Assembly: GCA_965214585.1 (NCBI GenBank)
Contig: OZ243957.1
Location: 567,331-631,330 of the forward strand
Length of the DNA: 64,000 nt
Direction of reading: 5' to 3'
Source of the DNA: Pyrinomonadaceae bacterium
GTDB taxonomy: Bacteria > Acidobacteriota > Blastocatellia > Pyrinomonadales > Pyrinomonadaceae
The number at the start of each line of letters is the position of its first letter. The stretch's first letter is position 1. Below are positions 37,693 to 47,343 of the stretch, in pieces. Both the position numbers and the translations under genes were made by a program. A model generated the notes under the pieces. The model was not told where the DNA came from. It did not search any database and saw nothing but the letters and a program-made list of their open reading frames with translations.

Positions 37693-39018
37693 ATGAAAAA
37701 ACAATTGAAGAAGTTTATCAAAGAGATCGGCAAGGACGCGGTGGCGATAATTCCGGCGGCTCACGAAAAGACGCGCAGTTATGATACGGAATATAAATTC
37801 CGGCAGGATTCGGATTTTTGGTATCTGACCGATTTTCCCGAACCGGACGCGATTGCGGTAATCGTGCCGAAAAACAGGAAAAATAAATTTAATCTGTTCG
37901 TCCGCCCGCGCGATCCGGCGATGGAAACTTGGTATGGACGGCGCGAAGGTGTGGAAGGCGCGAAGAAAAATTTCGGAGCGAACAAGGCTTTTCCGATTGA
38001 TAAATTCGACAACGAACTGCCGAAAATTCTCGACGGAGTTGACAAACTTTATTACCGTTTCGGCGTTGACCGCGAGCTTGACGAGAAGATTTTGGATTAT
38101 CTTTCAAAACAGCGTTTTAAGCGTTTGAAAACCGCTTATCCGCCGCACACGATTGTTGATCCGACCGTTTTGATTCACGAAATGCGGCTGCACAAAACCG
38201 AAGAAGAAATCGAATTGATGGAAAGAGCCGCCGAAATTGCCGCCGAAGCGCACATTTTAGCGATGAAAAACTGCAAACCGGGAATGAACGAATCAAACAT
38301 CGAATCAATTATCGAACATCATTTTCGGATGAACGACGCGAACGGCGTGGCGTATAATTCCATCGTCGGCGGCGGCGGAAACGCGACGATTCTGCACTAC
38401 GTCGAAAACAACGCCGAACTCAAAGACGGCGAACTGCTTTTAATTGATGCGGGCTGCGAATACAAAGGCTACGCTTCGGACATCACACGAACATTTCCCG
38501 TCGGCGGCAAATTCACCGAGGCGCAACGCGACGTTTACGACATAGTTTTAGACGTTCAAAAGGCTTGCGTCGAAGCGACAAAACCGGGAACGACGGTTAA
38601 AGAACGACAGGATTTATCAATCGAAATGCTCACCGAAGGAATGAAAAAACTCGGACTTCTCAAAGGGAAAACCGAAAAACTTATCAAAGATAAAAAATAC
38701 GAAAAATATTATATGCACGGAGTCGGACATTACATCGGAATGGACGTTCACGACGCGGGCAGATATTTTAACGACCAAACGGCAAAAGACTCGCGCCCGT
38801 TCGCCGCCGGAATGGTCTTAACCGTCGAACCCGGACTTTATATTCCGCTTGACGACAAAGACGCGCCCGCCAAATATCGCGGAATCGGCATCCGAATTGA
38901 AGACGACGTTTTAGTAACCGAAGACGGCAACCGCAATCTGACGACGAAAGTTCCGAAGGAAGCTGAAGAAATCGAGGAACTTATGAACAAAGGAAAATCC
39001 AAAAGCGCGAAAAAATAG
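37693..39018 (+). CDS. pepP: Xaa-Pro aminopeptidase (M24B)
   Basis: Start at MKKQLKKFIKE with AGGAG SD (ORF extends to 37645); M24 metal ligands (HGVGHYIGMDVHD, E...E). Confidence 0.85.
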   Translation: MKKQLKKFIKEIGKDAVAIIPAAHEKTRSYDTEYKFRQDSDFWYLTDFPEPDAIAVIVPKNRKNKFNLFVRPRDPAMETWYGRREGVEGAKKNFGANKAFPIDKFDNELPKILDGVDKLYYRFGVDRELDEKILDYLSKQRFKRLKTAYPPHTIVDPTVLIHEMRLHKTEEEIELMERAAEIAAEAHILAMKNCKPGMNESNIESIIEHHFRMNDANGVAYNSIVGGGGNATILHYVENNAELKDGELLLIDAGCEYKGYASDITRTFPVGGKFTEAQRDVYDIVLDVQKACVEATKPGTTVKERQDLSIEMLTEGMKKLGLLKGKTEKLIKDKKYEKYYMHGVGHYIGMDVHDAGRYFNDQTAKDSRPFAAGMVLTVEPGLYIPLDDKDAPAKYRGIGIRIEDDVLVTEDGNRNLTTKVPKEAEEIEELMNKGKSKSAKK

Positions 39019-39030
39019 AGGTAAAAACAA

Positions 39031-39279
39031 ATGCAGACGGAAATTGCAGATACAATTTATAAAAAGGTAAAAACTCTGCCGCCCGAAAAACAGGAAGAAG
39101 TTTTGGAATTTATCGAAGAAAAAATATCTTCTTCCGAAAAAAAGGATGCTCGTCCGATTTGGGAAGTGGCAAAAGAGATCAGCGAAAGCGTTCCGCTTGA
39201 GGAATGGGAAAAACTCCCTTCCGACGGTTCGATAAATCACGATTACTATCTTTACGGTGCGCCTAAGAAAGAAAAATGA
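39031..39279 (+). CDS. DUF2281-like antitoxin (cassette copy A)
   Basis: 82 aa; LPPEKQEEVLEFIEEK motif; 85%-type paralog of 39405-39650. Confidence 0.6.
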   Translation: MQTEIADTIYKKVKTLPPEKQEEVLEFIEEKISSSEKKDARPIWEVAKEISESVPLEEWEKLPSDGSINHDYYLYGAPKKEK

Positions 39280-39356
39280 AAAAAGTTTTTGCCGATACAT
39301 TTTATTGGGTGGCTCTCATCAACATTAAAGATCAATGGCGGGAACATATTTTATAA
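39276..39356 (+). pseudogene. internally deleted PIN-toxin remnant (26 codons) of cassette copy A
   Basis: MKKVFADTFYWVALINIKDQW matches N-terminus of intact PIN at 39647 then jumps to the PIN C-terminal/spacer sequence ttttataattttgctttagagatg. Confidence 0.6.
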
Positions 39357-39404
39357 TTTTGCTTTAGAGATGAAATTTATTCAGGAAAAATAGAGGTAAA
39401 TAAA

Positions 39405-39650
39405 ATGCAGAATGATCTATCAAAAGTCGTAGCGGAAAAAGTGGCGGTTTTGCCGATTGAAAAACAGCAAAAGGTTCTGGATTTTGTTGAATCAATCGAG
39501 GAAGCAAAAGAGCCGCAGAAAAAATCTTTGTTTGAAAAAATAGAGGAAAGAGTCAGCAGATTATCCGAAGAAACATTAGAGAAATTGCCAACCGACGGAG
39601 CGGAAAATCTTGATTATTATCTTTACGGTTCGCCGAAAAAATCAAAATGA
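39405..39650 (+). CDS. DUF2281-like antitoxin (cassette copy B)
   Basis: 81 aa; LPIEKQQKVLDFVESIEE; ATGA overlap with downstream PIN. Confidence 0.65.
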   Translation: MQNDLSKVVAEKVAVLPIEKQQKVLDFVESIEEAKEPQKKSLFEKIEERVSRLSEETLEKLPTDGAENLDYYLYGSPKKSK

Positions 39651-40054
39651 AAATGGTTTTCGCAGACACATTTTACTGGGCGGCTTTGCTAAATCCGAAA
39701 GATCAATGGCATCTGGAAGTTAAAACCGTTCAAAAAAATTTAGGAAAATTTCGATTGGCTACAACCGAAACCGTTCTGATCGAACTTCTTAACTTTTTTT
39801 CCGAATACGGAGCAGAAATGCGTCAAACCGTCGTTGATACTTCGCGCGATATTTTAACCGATTTAGAAATCGAATATATTTCACACTCGCCCGAAATATT
39901 TCTTGAAGCATTGGATTTTTACGAAAAACGTCTTGACAAAGGTTACAGTTTGACCGATTGTATTTCGATGCTGACAATGAAAAACTTGGATTTACAAGAA
40001 ATTCTCACGCACGACAATCATTTTGAGCAGGAAGGTTTTATAATTTTGCTTTAG
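39647..40054 (+). CDS. PIN-domain toxin (VapC-like), intact copy
   Basis: 135 aa; MKMVFADTFYWAALLNPKD N-terminal PIN Asp; C-terminal THDNHF. Confidence 0.7.
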   Translation: MKMVFADTFYWAALLNPKDQWHLEVKTVQKNLGKFRLATTETVLIELLNFFSEYGAEMRQTVVDTSRDILTDLEIEYISHSPEIFLEALDFYEKRLDKGYSLTDCISMLTMKNLDLQEILTHDNHFEQEGFIILL

Positions 40055-40157
40055 AGATGAAAATTTATTCGGGAAAAAATAAAGGTAAATAAAATGCAGA
40101 ATAATCTATCAAAAGTCGCAGTAGAAAGGTAATAGAGGCAGGTAAATACAGAAAACT

Positions 40158-41330
40158 ATGAAAATTACAAAAATATTTTTTTTGACATTTGTGTTGATTT
40201 TTTGTGCGAATGTCTTTGCACAAACGAAGCCAACGCCGTCGCCGACTCCCGAAGCCGAAATCAGAGAATCCATACTGACGATCAGAATGGCTCAGATCGG
40301 GACGGTTTCGGCTAAAACCCGCGAGGATTTTGAAAATGCCGCGAAATTGATGCAAAACAGCAGACACGAGGAAGCGATTTCCGCGTGGACGGATATTATC
40401 AAAACAAATCCGAAATTGATGACGGCTTTTAATAATCGCGGTTATTCGTATATGCAGTTGGGAAAACTCGATTCAGCCATTGAAGATTTCAATACGGCGT
40501 TGAAAATATCGCCGATGTCAATAACTTATAACAATCGCGGTATGGCTTTTTCCAATAAAGGTGATCTGCCGAAATCTCTGGCGGACTATTCAACTGCTAT
40601 CCGTTTAAATCCGAAAGAACCGCTTAATTATAATAATCGCGCGGATGTATATCTGAAAATGGGCGACTTTAAGCTCGCTCTGGCTGACCAAAATCAAGCG
40701 ATCTCGATTTCGCCGAATGAAGGATTATTTTTGTCCAATCGGTGTGCTACACATCTCAAAATGAAATCCGTCGAAGCGGCGATAAAAGACTGCAACAAAG
40801 CCATCGAATTAAACCCTAAATTATCGCTTGCCTATATGAATCGGGGCAATCTATATTTTCAGGTTTCGAGTTTCGAGTCCGCCTTAGATGATTTTAATTC
40901 TGCTCTGAAACTTGACGATTCGCTGAACGATCTATACGCTTCACGCGGAGTTGTTTTAAGTCAACTCGGACGATTTGAAGAAGCGGTTGAAAGTTTCAGC
41001 AAAGCGATAAACGCCCGACCTTCGGCTGTCGTCTATCTGCATCGCGCTTCGGCTTTTGCAAATCTCGGCAAAACCGTTTTAGAATCGGCTGATTATGACA
41101 AAGCACTTGAGATAGAGCCGAATAACGCGGTTGTTTACAACAATCGTGGAATTTATTATTTAAACAAGGGCGATTCCAAAAAGGCTTTATCTGATTTTAC
41201 CAAAGCAATCGAGCTAGACCCTAAGTTAATCATCGCTTATCAAAACCGGGCGTTTCTATACAAACAGATTGGCGAAACGGAAAAAGCCGAATCTGATGAA
41301 AAGTCTGTCGAAGCGATTCAGAAACAATAA
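40158..41330 (+). CDS. secreted tetratricopeptide-repeat protein
   Basis: 390 aa; signal peptide; ~9 TPR units (AxxxYNNRGxxYxxxGxxxxAxxDFxxAI). Confidence 0.75.
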   Translation: MKITKIFFLTFVLIFCANVFAQTKPTPSPTPEAEIRESILTIRMAQIGTVSAKTREDFENAAKLMQNSRHEEAISAWTDIIKTNPKLMTAFNNRGYSYMQLGKLDSAIEDFNTALKISPMSITYNNRGMAFSNKGDLPKSLADYSTAIRLNPKEPLNYNNRADVYLKMGDFKLALADQNQAISISPNEGLFLSNRCATHLKMKSVEAAIKDCNKAIELNPKLSLAYMNRGNLYFQVSSFESALDDFNSALKLDDSLNDLYASRGVVLSQLGRFEEAVESFSKAINARPSAVVYLHRASAFANLGKTVLESADYDKALEIEPNNAVVYNNRGIYYLNKGDSKKALSDFTKAIELDPKLIIAYQNRAFLYKQIGETEKAESDEKSVEAIQKQ

Positions 41331-41351
41331 ATGCTTTGAAAAATAAAGATT

Positions 41352-41768
41352 ATGACAATCGAAGAAATAGGCATAAATCTTCCCGCGCTGTTTTGTGCGC
41401 TTTTTGTGAGCGTGCTTTTCGTTCAATCGGGACTCGACAAGGTTTTCGATTGGAAGGGAAATCTCGAATGGCTGAACGGGCATTTTTCGGAAACTTTTTT
41501 AAGCGGTTTTGTGCCGATCTTGCTTGGGACGATTACCGTTTTGGAAATTGCGACTGGCGTTTTGAGCGGCGTTGCCGTCGTTTACTTTCTGATTTTCGGT
41601 TCAACCGTTTTGATATTTTACGCTTCGATTCTCGGCGCGTGTTCGGTTCTCGCCTTGTTTTTCGGGCAGAGAATCGCTAAGGATTACGCTGGCGCGGCGG
41701 TTCTCGTGCCGTATTTTATATTGCTGATAATTATGATGTTTTTGTCGAATCCATATTTGAAAGTTTAG
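41352..41768 (+). CDS. DoxX-family membrane protein
   Basis: 138 aa; 4 TM helices; SGLDKVFDW motif typical of DoxX. Confidence 0.55.
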   Translation: MTIEEIGINLPALFCALFVSVLFVQSGLDKVFDWKGNLEWLNGHFSETFLSGFVPILLGTITVLEIATGVLSGVAVVYFLIFGSTVLIFYASILGACSVLALFFGQRIAKDYAGAAVLVPYFILLIIMMFLSNPYLKV

Positions 41769-43120
41769 TTGTAATATTCGATTTTGCGGTATTCGATGTA
41801 TTTTTGTGCCGTGTAACCGTCGCCGAGTTTACCTTCTTTTACTTCGACAATTCGTTTTGTCCAGTTTCCATTTTTGTCAAAATCTTCATAAGTGTAACGG
41901 TAAACGCTGTCGGGACGATCTTTGTCATCGTGAACGTAAATTTTCTCGATGACATTTCCTTTGTCGTCAAAAATTTCAATCGTTTTTGAGGTTAGTTTTC
42001 TCGCTTTGTCAAAAGAAGATTTCGCAAGTTTTCCGTCCGCATATTCATAAACGGTTTTTTCGCTCAAATCGCCGTCGTTGCCGAATGTCTGTGCTTCCGA
42101 AAGGCGATTTTCCGAATCGTATTTGTAAAGCATTTTTGACGTGAAACGCTCGTCTTTCGGTTTTACGGGCGCGTCGGGATTTGACGGCAGACCGATTGCC
42201 ATAATTTGAAAAGAGTCGAAATCTACCGAGCTGTATTTTGAAACTCTCGCGCCGTCAATAAAGCCGTAAGCCGTAACGCTCATCGGCAAGCCTTTGAAAT
42301 TGTAGAAAATTCTCTTAGTGCGATTGCCGCTTTCGTTATAAAAATCTTCGCTGTCCGGGTTTCTGCCTTGCGAATACCATTCGCCCGATAAATCTTCGCT
42401 TTCTTCCAAAACGTATTTTATTTTTCCCTTTAGATTTTCTTCCTGTGCGTCGGACGTAAACCTTTCAGCAACCGGCGTTTGCGGAAGCGGCGCGGGCGTT
42501 GCTTGGTTTAATTTTTTCTCGATAATTTCTTTGGTCGAAATTAATTCTATCGAATCGAATCTTTTGAGAATCTGCGGCTTTTTATCGTCGGAAGCGAATT
42601 TCGCCATCAAAATATAAATTTTATCGTCGTCTAAAATGTGCCGCACGATAATATTTCCGCTCGGAACTTTGGCGGTAAACTGATCTGCCGGATATTTTTT
42701 GAACTTGAAATCCTTGACGCTTTTAACCGCTTTGTCGGCGGTGACGAACATTTTGTCAATCACGTTTTTCTGCAAATCGTCAAAAATCCGCCTCGTTTTT
42801 TTATCCGACAATTTTTCAACAGACGGTTTTAAGTTGATGTAACCGATCTGATATTCGGCTTCGGGCTGACTGAATTTGAAGATCGCGCCCGTTCCCAAAT
42901 TGTTCGTATCACGCAGGCGAAGTCCCGCATAGCCGCGCACATCGTTGGGAATATCAATCTTAAATTCGCCTTCGATTGAAGTAAAAATCGGCTCGATCTT
43001 TCTTTTTTCGGAGTTTCCGTCCGAAACAGGCGGCGGCACTTGGGCAATAATAAAAGAGCAAAAAATTAACGCTGAGAATGAAATGAAAATTAAGTTTTTT
43101 ATCATTGTAAAATCCTTCAA
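41765..43120 (-). CDS. secreted hypothetical protein
   Basis: 451 aa; signal peptide MIKNLIFISFSALIFCSFIIA; no assignable domain. Confidence 0.55.
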   Translation of the reverse strand: MKDFTMIKNLIFISFSALIFCSFIIAQVPPPVSDGNSEKRKIEPIFTSIEGEFKIDIPNDVRGYAGLRLRDTNNLGTGAIFKFSQPEAEYQIGYINLKPSVEKLSDKKTRRIFDDLQKNVIDKMFVTADKAVKSVKDFKFKKYPADQFTAKVPSGNIIVRHILDDDKIYILMAKFASDDKKPQILKRFDSIELISTKEIIEKKLNQATPAPLPQTPVAERFTSDAQEENLKGKIKYVLEESEDLSGEWYSQGRNPDSEDFYNESGNRTKRIFYNFKGLPMSVTAYGFIDGARVSKYSSVDFDSFQIMAIGLPSNPDAPVKPKDERFTSKMLYKYDSENRLSEAQTFGNDGDLSEKTVYEYADGKLAKSSFDKARKLTSKTIEIFDDKGNVIEKIYVHDDKDRPDSVYRYTYEDFDKNGNWTKRIVEVKEGKLGDGYTAQKYIEYRKIEYYN

Positions 43121-43304
43121 GTTGGTTATTTATGGATTAAATCTCAAAAACTAAGGTTGTATAAATTAGACAAATTTAGAAGTAGAAATTTATGCCCGCG
43201 AAAAACACGAAACAAACGAAAATAAAATAAAAAATGTTGTTAATTCTTTTTTTCGTAAATTTTCGTGTTTTTCGTGGGCAGTTTTCTTAAAATATACGAA
43301 GTTT

Positions 43305-44681
43305 TTAACGGTTTTTTAATTCATTTATTGCTTTCGCAAAATCGCTGTAAATTTTATCTTTTTCAATAAATTTTCCATTTTCCGTTATCCATTTTCCATT
43401 AACAATCGTTCCCTTTTGCATCGTTTCATCAGATGCGTAAACCATTGTGTTCAAAAGATTTTCGGGCGAAGAAGTGAAAAGCAAAGGATGCGTCGCGGAA
43501 ATTACGGAAGCATCAAAAGGCTCGCCGACGGCGAAGTATTTTTTCTCGAAATTACTCATCGCGCGTCTGCCCGCAATTGTCGCTTGATTTATCGCGTAAG
43601 CTGCGCTGTTTCCGTTTGATTTATCGGAAAATGTGTCGCGTTTGTGCGAAATCAGTCTTTGCCCGTAATCGAGCAGGCGCAATTCTTCAAACGGATTCAG
43701 AGAAACGTGCGAATCAGTTCCAATGCTCCAATTTCCGCCCGCTTTTTGAAACTCTCGAAGCGGGAAAATTCCATCGCCCAAATTCCCTTCCGTCGTCGGA
43801 CAAAGCACGACGTTTACGCCCGTTTCGGCTAAATCTTTTATTTCCGCTTCGTCCAAATGCGTCGCGTGAACAAAATGAAATCTGTCGGAATGTTCGACGT
43901 TTTCGAGCATCCAGCGAACAGGACGACTTCCCAAAAATTCGACGGAATCTTCAACTTCTTTTAACTGTTCGGAAATGTGTATGTGAAACGGAACATTTTT
44001 CGGAAAATTTGCCGCAACTTCTTTTATTGCTTCAATTTCCACCGCTCGCAGCGAATGAATGCCGATTCCAACATTCGCGCCGTCATAATTTCTGCAAACT
44101 TTTTCCGTCGCTTCGTATAATTTTCGGTAATCGTCAATTGTCTTTGAAATAAAACGTCTTTGATTCGATTCGGGCGATTTGTTTAAAAATCCGCCTTTTT
44201 GATAAAAGATCGGAATGAGCGTGATTTTAATTCCCGTTTTTTGTGCCGCAGAAACCAAACGCTCGCCCATTTCCGCCAAATTCGCATAAGGTTTTCCGTT
44301 TTTATCGTGATGCAGATAATGAAATTCGGCTACATTCGTGTAACCGTGTCTGAGCAATTCGTGGTAAAGCATCGCGGCAATCGCTTCAAATTGTTCGGGA
44401 TTTACATTAAGCGCGAGGCGATACATCTGTTCGCGCCAACTCCAGAAATCGCTCTTTTTCTTATTTCGCGGATGATTTTCCGCAAGCCCCGCCATCGCAT
44501 ATTGAAATGAATGCGAATGCGCGTTCTGAAATCCGGGAAGCGCGTAACCATCAATAAATTCGGCGTTTTTTTCTTCGGCGTTTTTCTTTATCGAAACTAT
44601 CGCGCCTTCGCCGTCCGTTTTAACAACGGCGTTTTCCAACCAGCCGTCGTTTTGTAATAATTTTTTGAAATAAAATTTCAT
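43305..44681 (-). CDS. amidohydrolase-superfamily deiminase (formimidoylglutamate deiminase HutF-like)
   Basis: 458 aa; metal-binding HSH motif (GFQNAHSHSFQ), downstream HxxxD region. Confidence 0.65.
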   Translation of the reverse strand: MKFYFKKLLQNDGWLENAVVKTDGEGAIVSIKKNAEEKNAEFIDGYALPGFQNAHSHSFQYAMAGLAENHPRNKKKSDFWSWREQMYRLALNVNPEQFEAIAAMLYHELLRHGYTNVAEFHYLHHDKNGKPYANLAEMGERLVSAAQKTGIKITLIPIFYQKGGFLNKSPESNQRRFISKTIDDYRKLYEATEKVCRNYDGANVGIGIHSLRAVEIEAIKEVAANFPKNVPFHIHISEQLKEVEDSVEFLGSRPVRWMLENVEHSDRFHFVHATHLDEAEIKDLAETGVNVVLCPTTEGNLGDGIFPLREFQKAGGNWSIGTDSHVSLNPFEELRLLDYGQRLISHKRDTFSDKSNGNSAAYAINQATIAGRRAMSNFEKKYFAVGEPFDASVISATHPLLFTSSPENLLNTMVYASDETMQKGTIVNGKWITENGKFIEKDKIYSDFAKAINELKNR

Positions 44682-44745
44682 TGAATAAATTTAAATAACA
44701 AGATTTGCCCGCGAAATACGCGAAATGACGCGGAAGAAAGAGGGA

Positions 44746-44850
44746 AATTTTTACAGGGATAAAGGAGATGAAGGAGATAAAAAATTTCACATTTCACATT
44801 TCAAAAAAATCCCTGTTCATCACCTTCATCCCTGTAAAAAAATCTTAAAT
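44746..44850. repeat. MITE-like repeat family C copy 4
   Basis: ttttacagggataaaggagatgaagg...caccttcatccctgtaaaaaaatc. Confidence 0.7.
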
Positions 44851-44875
44851 TTTCTTCTTTTCACAGACAATTTTT

Positions 44876-45688
44876 TTAAATGGTTTCCAACTCCGAAATT
44901 AAATTCTCAAATGTCCGTTTCAAAAGTTTCTTCACTTTCTCCGCCTTTTCAAAATCGTAATTTAATTCCTTTGCGTCCATATATAAATCCTTACTCATCT
45001 CAAGCTGCAAAGCGTGAACATTTTCAGACGGTTTTCCTTTCGAGCGCGTCAGAAAACCGCCTTTGAACGGTTCGTTATGATTTATTTGCCAATCGCTCGT
45101 TTTCAAAGTTTCGAGCGCGATTTCAATAAACTTTTTATCGGCGGTTCTTCCGTCATTGTCGCCCAAAATAAAATCGGGAAACGGCTCTTTTCTGATTGTT
45201 TCCACGCGCCTTCTGATCGAATGAGCGTCCCAAAATAAAACTTGTCCGAACTCGTTTTTCAAATCGCCGATAATGTCGTCAATCTTTTGATGATACGGAT
45301 GATAATAATTTTCTAAGCGTCTTTCGATTTCCGCTTCATTCGGCTCAAACTCTTTTTTCGCGTAAATATCTTCGCCGAAAAAATCCGTCGTCGGACAAAC
45401 GGCGGTGATAATTCTTCCGTCGTCATAAAGCGGTTTTCCCTTCGGCTCGCGGTTCAAATCAATCACCCGGCGCGAATATTTCGCGTAAATTGTCGTTATT
45501 CCGAGTTCGGCGGCGAAATCGTAAAGTTTCTCTAAATACCAATCCGTATCGTCCAAAACTTCGAGCGATTCGGCGGCGTATTGATTTATCAAATCTGCGG
45601 GAAATTCCGTTCCGCAATGCGGAATGCTCAAAACGAACGGCAGCTTTTCCGCTTTCGGTTCGATGATGTAAAAAGGATTTGAATTCAT
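44876..45688 (-). CDS. N-formylglutamate amidohydrolase family protein (HutG-like)
   Basis: 270 aa; N-terminal PFVLSIPHCGTEFP motif typical of FGase family. Confidence 0.7.
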   Translation of the reverse strand: MNSNPFYIIEPKAEKLPFVLSIPHCGTEFPADLINQYAAESLEVLDDTDWYLEKLYDFAAELGITTIYAKYSRRVIDLNREPKGKPLYDDGRIITAVCPTTDFFGEDIYAKKEFEPNEAEIERRLENYYHPYHQKIDDIIGDLKNEFGQVLFWDAHSIRRRVETIRKEPFPDFILGDNDGRTADKKFIEIALETLKTSDWQINHNEPFKGGFLTRSKGKPSENVHALQLEMSKDLYMDAKELNYDFEKAEKVKKLLKRTFENLISELETI

Positions 45689-45703
45689 TTGTTGATTTTA
45701 TTT

Positions 45704-46771
45704 TTATTGTAAAATTTTCTCAATCGCGGCAATTACGCTTTCGGTTTTCACGCTCAAAATACATTTCGGCTCGTCAAATTCCTTACAAAAATAACCCGCG
45801 CAAGGCTGACACGGAAGATTTTCAAAGACGATCTCATTCGGCTGGTTCGTCCAAGGTCGCCAGTGATCGCGGTTTGACGAACCGAAAATTACAACCGTCG
45901 GCGTTTTGACAGCCGCCGCGATGTGCGCGATTCCCGAATCGTTTCCGACGAAGATTTTTGCCCGCGAAGCCAGAGCAGTAATTTCGGGCAAAGTTAAATT
46001 ATCAAAAGTTAAAATCGGAATTTTAGAAAATTTTTCGAGTTTTTCTAAAACTTCGCGCTCTTTTTTTGTCGCAATGGCAATTGTCTGTAAGCCTTTTTCG
46101 CGCAGAAGTTCCGCGATTCGCGCAAAACTTTCCGTCGCCCATTGCTTTGTATCAAACGCGGCTGTCGGATGAAAAAGCGCGAATTTCCCGAAAAAATCTT
46201 CGTCCTTTTCACCAAAATAAACTTCGCGTTTCTGCGCCTCTACGGTTAATTTTTCCTTCAAAGAATATAAAGCGTTTTCCGTTACAGCCAAATGAGTTTT
46301 CGGTTTATCTTCAACGGGAACGCCGACGAAACCCAGAAGCGCAAGCTGCTGTTCGGCGGAATGTAATCTTTCTTTCTTCCAAAAATCCGTCGGCGAAGTC
46401 AAAAGATGATTGTAGAGAAACGAATATCTGTAATTTGAAAAACCGATGCGATGAGTTGCACCGCTTGCGCGAATCAGAAAGGTCGAAGTCGTTCCGCCGT
46501 GCAGATTAAACGCGACATCGTATTTTGTTCGGCGAATCTCACGCGCGATTTTTACGCGGTCTTTTGCGTCTTTTGAAACGGTCAGAATATTATCAACTTG
46601 CTCAAAACCATCCAAAACAGGTGCGACCCAATCTTCGAGCAAAACGTCAATCTGCGCATCGGGCAAAAACCGCCGAAGCGCGATGAGCGAAGGAGTTGAC
46701 AAAACCGTGTCGCCGATCGAACGAAGGCGGACGACCAGAACGCGGTTTACATTTTGCCAATTTATTTTCAT
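45704..46771 (-). CDS. glycosyltransferase family 9 (LPS heptosyltransferase-like)
   Basis: Start at MKINWQNVNRVLVVRLRSIGD (ORF extends to 46837 into tandem repeats); GT9 RxxxxGD motif. Confidence 0.7.
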   Translation of the reverse strand: MKINWQNVNRVLVVRLRSIGDTVLSTPSLIALRRFLPDAQIDVLLEDWVAPVLDGFEQVDNILTVSKDAKDRVKIAREIRRTKYDVAFNLHGGTTSTFLIRASGATHRIGFSNYRYSFLYNHLLTSPTDFWKKERLHSAEQQLALLGFVGVPVEDKPKTHLAVTENALYSLKEKLTVEAQKREVYFGEKDEDFFGKFALFHPTAAFDTKQWATESFARIAELLREKGLQTIAIATKKEREVLEKLEKFSKIPILTFDNLTLPEITALASRAKIFVGNDSGIAHIAAAVKTPTVVIFGSSNRDHWRPWTNQPNEIVFENLPCQPCAGYFCKEFDEPKCILSVKTESVIAAIEKILQ

Positions 46772-46772
46772 C

Positions 46773-46842
46773 GAGTTGGAGAGTTCGGAGAGTTCGGAGA
46801 GTTTTCTTTTAACTCTCAAAACTCTCAAAACTCTCAAAATTC
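46773..46842. repeat. tandem nonamer/heptamer repeat palindrome (ggagagttc x3 facing aaactctca x3)
   Basis: gagttggagagttcggagagttcggagagtt ... aactctcaaaactctcaaaactctcaa read directly. Confidence 0.8.
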
Positions 46843-46849
46843 TATAAAC

Positions 46850-47026
46850 TCAATTTTCAACCGTCGCTTCGTCAACAAGCATCACGGGAATTTCGTCGCG
46901 GATCGGATAAACTAAATTACAATCGGAATTTGTGCATTTCAAACCGCTTTCGTCATCTTTAATTTTAACTTCCGATTTGCATTTCGGACATCTCAAAATT
47001 TCTAAAAGTTCGGGACTGATCGCCAT
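46850..47026 (-). CDS. Trm112/YcaR-like (UPF0434) zinc-ribbon mini-protein
   Basis: 58 aa; MAISPELLEILRCPKCKSEV...CTNSDCNLVYPIRDEIPVML matches Trm112-like CPxC motif pair; below the 60-aa ORF-track cutoff. Confidence 0.55.
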   Translation of the reverse strand: MAISPELLEILRCPKCKSEVKIKDDESGLKCTNSDCNLVYPIRDEIPVMLVDEATVEN

Positions 47027-47343
47027 AAATTATTACTCCAGATTTTATAAAATTTAAATCAGAACCGTGAGCGGCAGCGAATAAATTAAATAATTGGTGT
47101 AGGGTTAAGAGTAACGGCTTTAGCCGTGAAAACGCCAGCGAAGCGCGGCGTTTTCTCACCACTAAAAGCGTTACTCTTACTACATATTCAAAAAAAGGTT
47201 GAGGACTTACCAAGTCGCTATCGCTCCCTGTTCTGATTTAAATTTTAACTCAAACGCGCCTTAGCGCAAAACCGCAAAAAAGGGACGAGAGATAAATTTC
47301 CCTCGCCCTTCTCATTTCTCACTTCTCACTTCTCACTTCTCAT

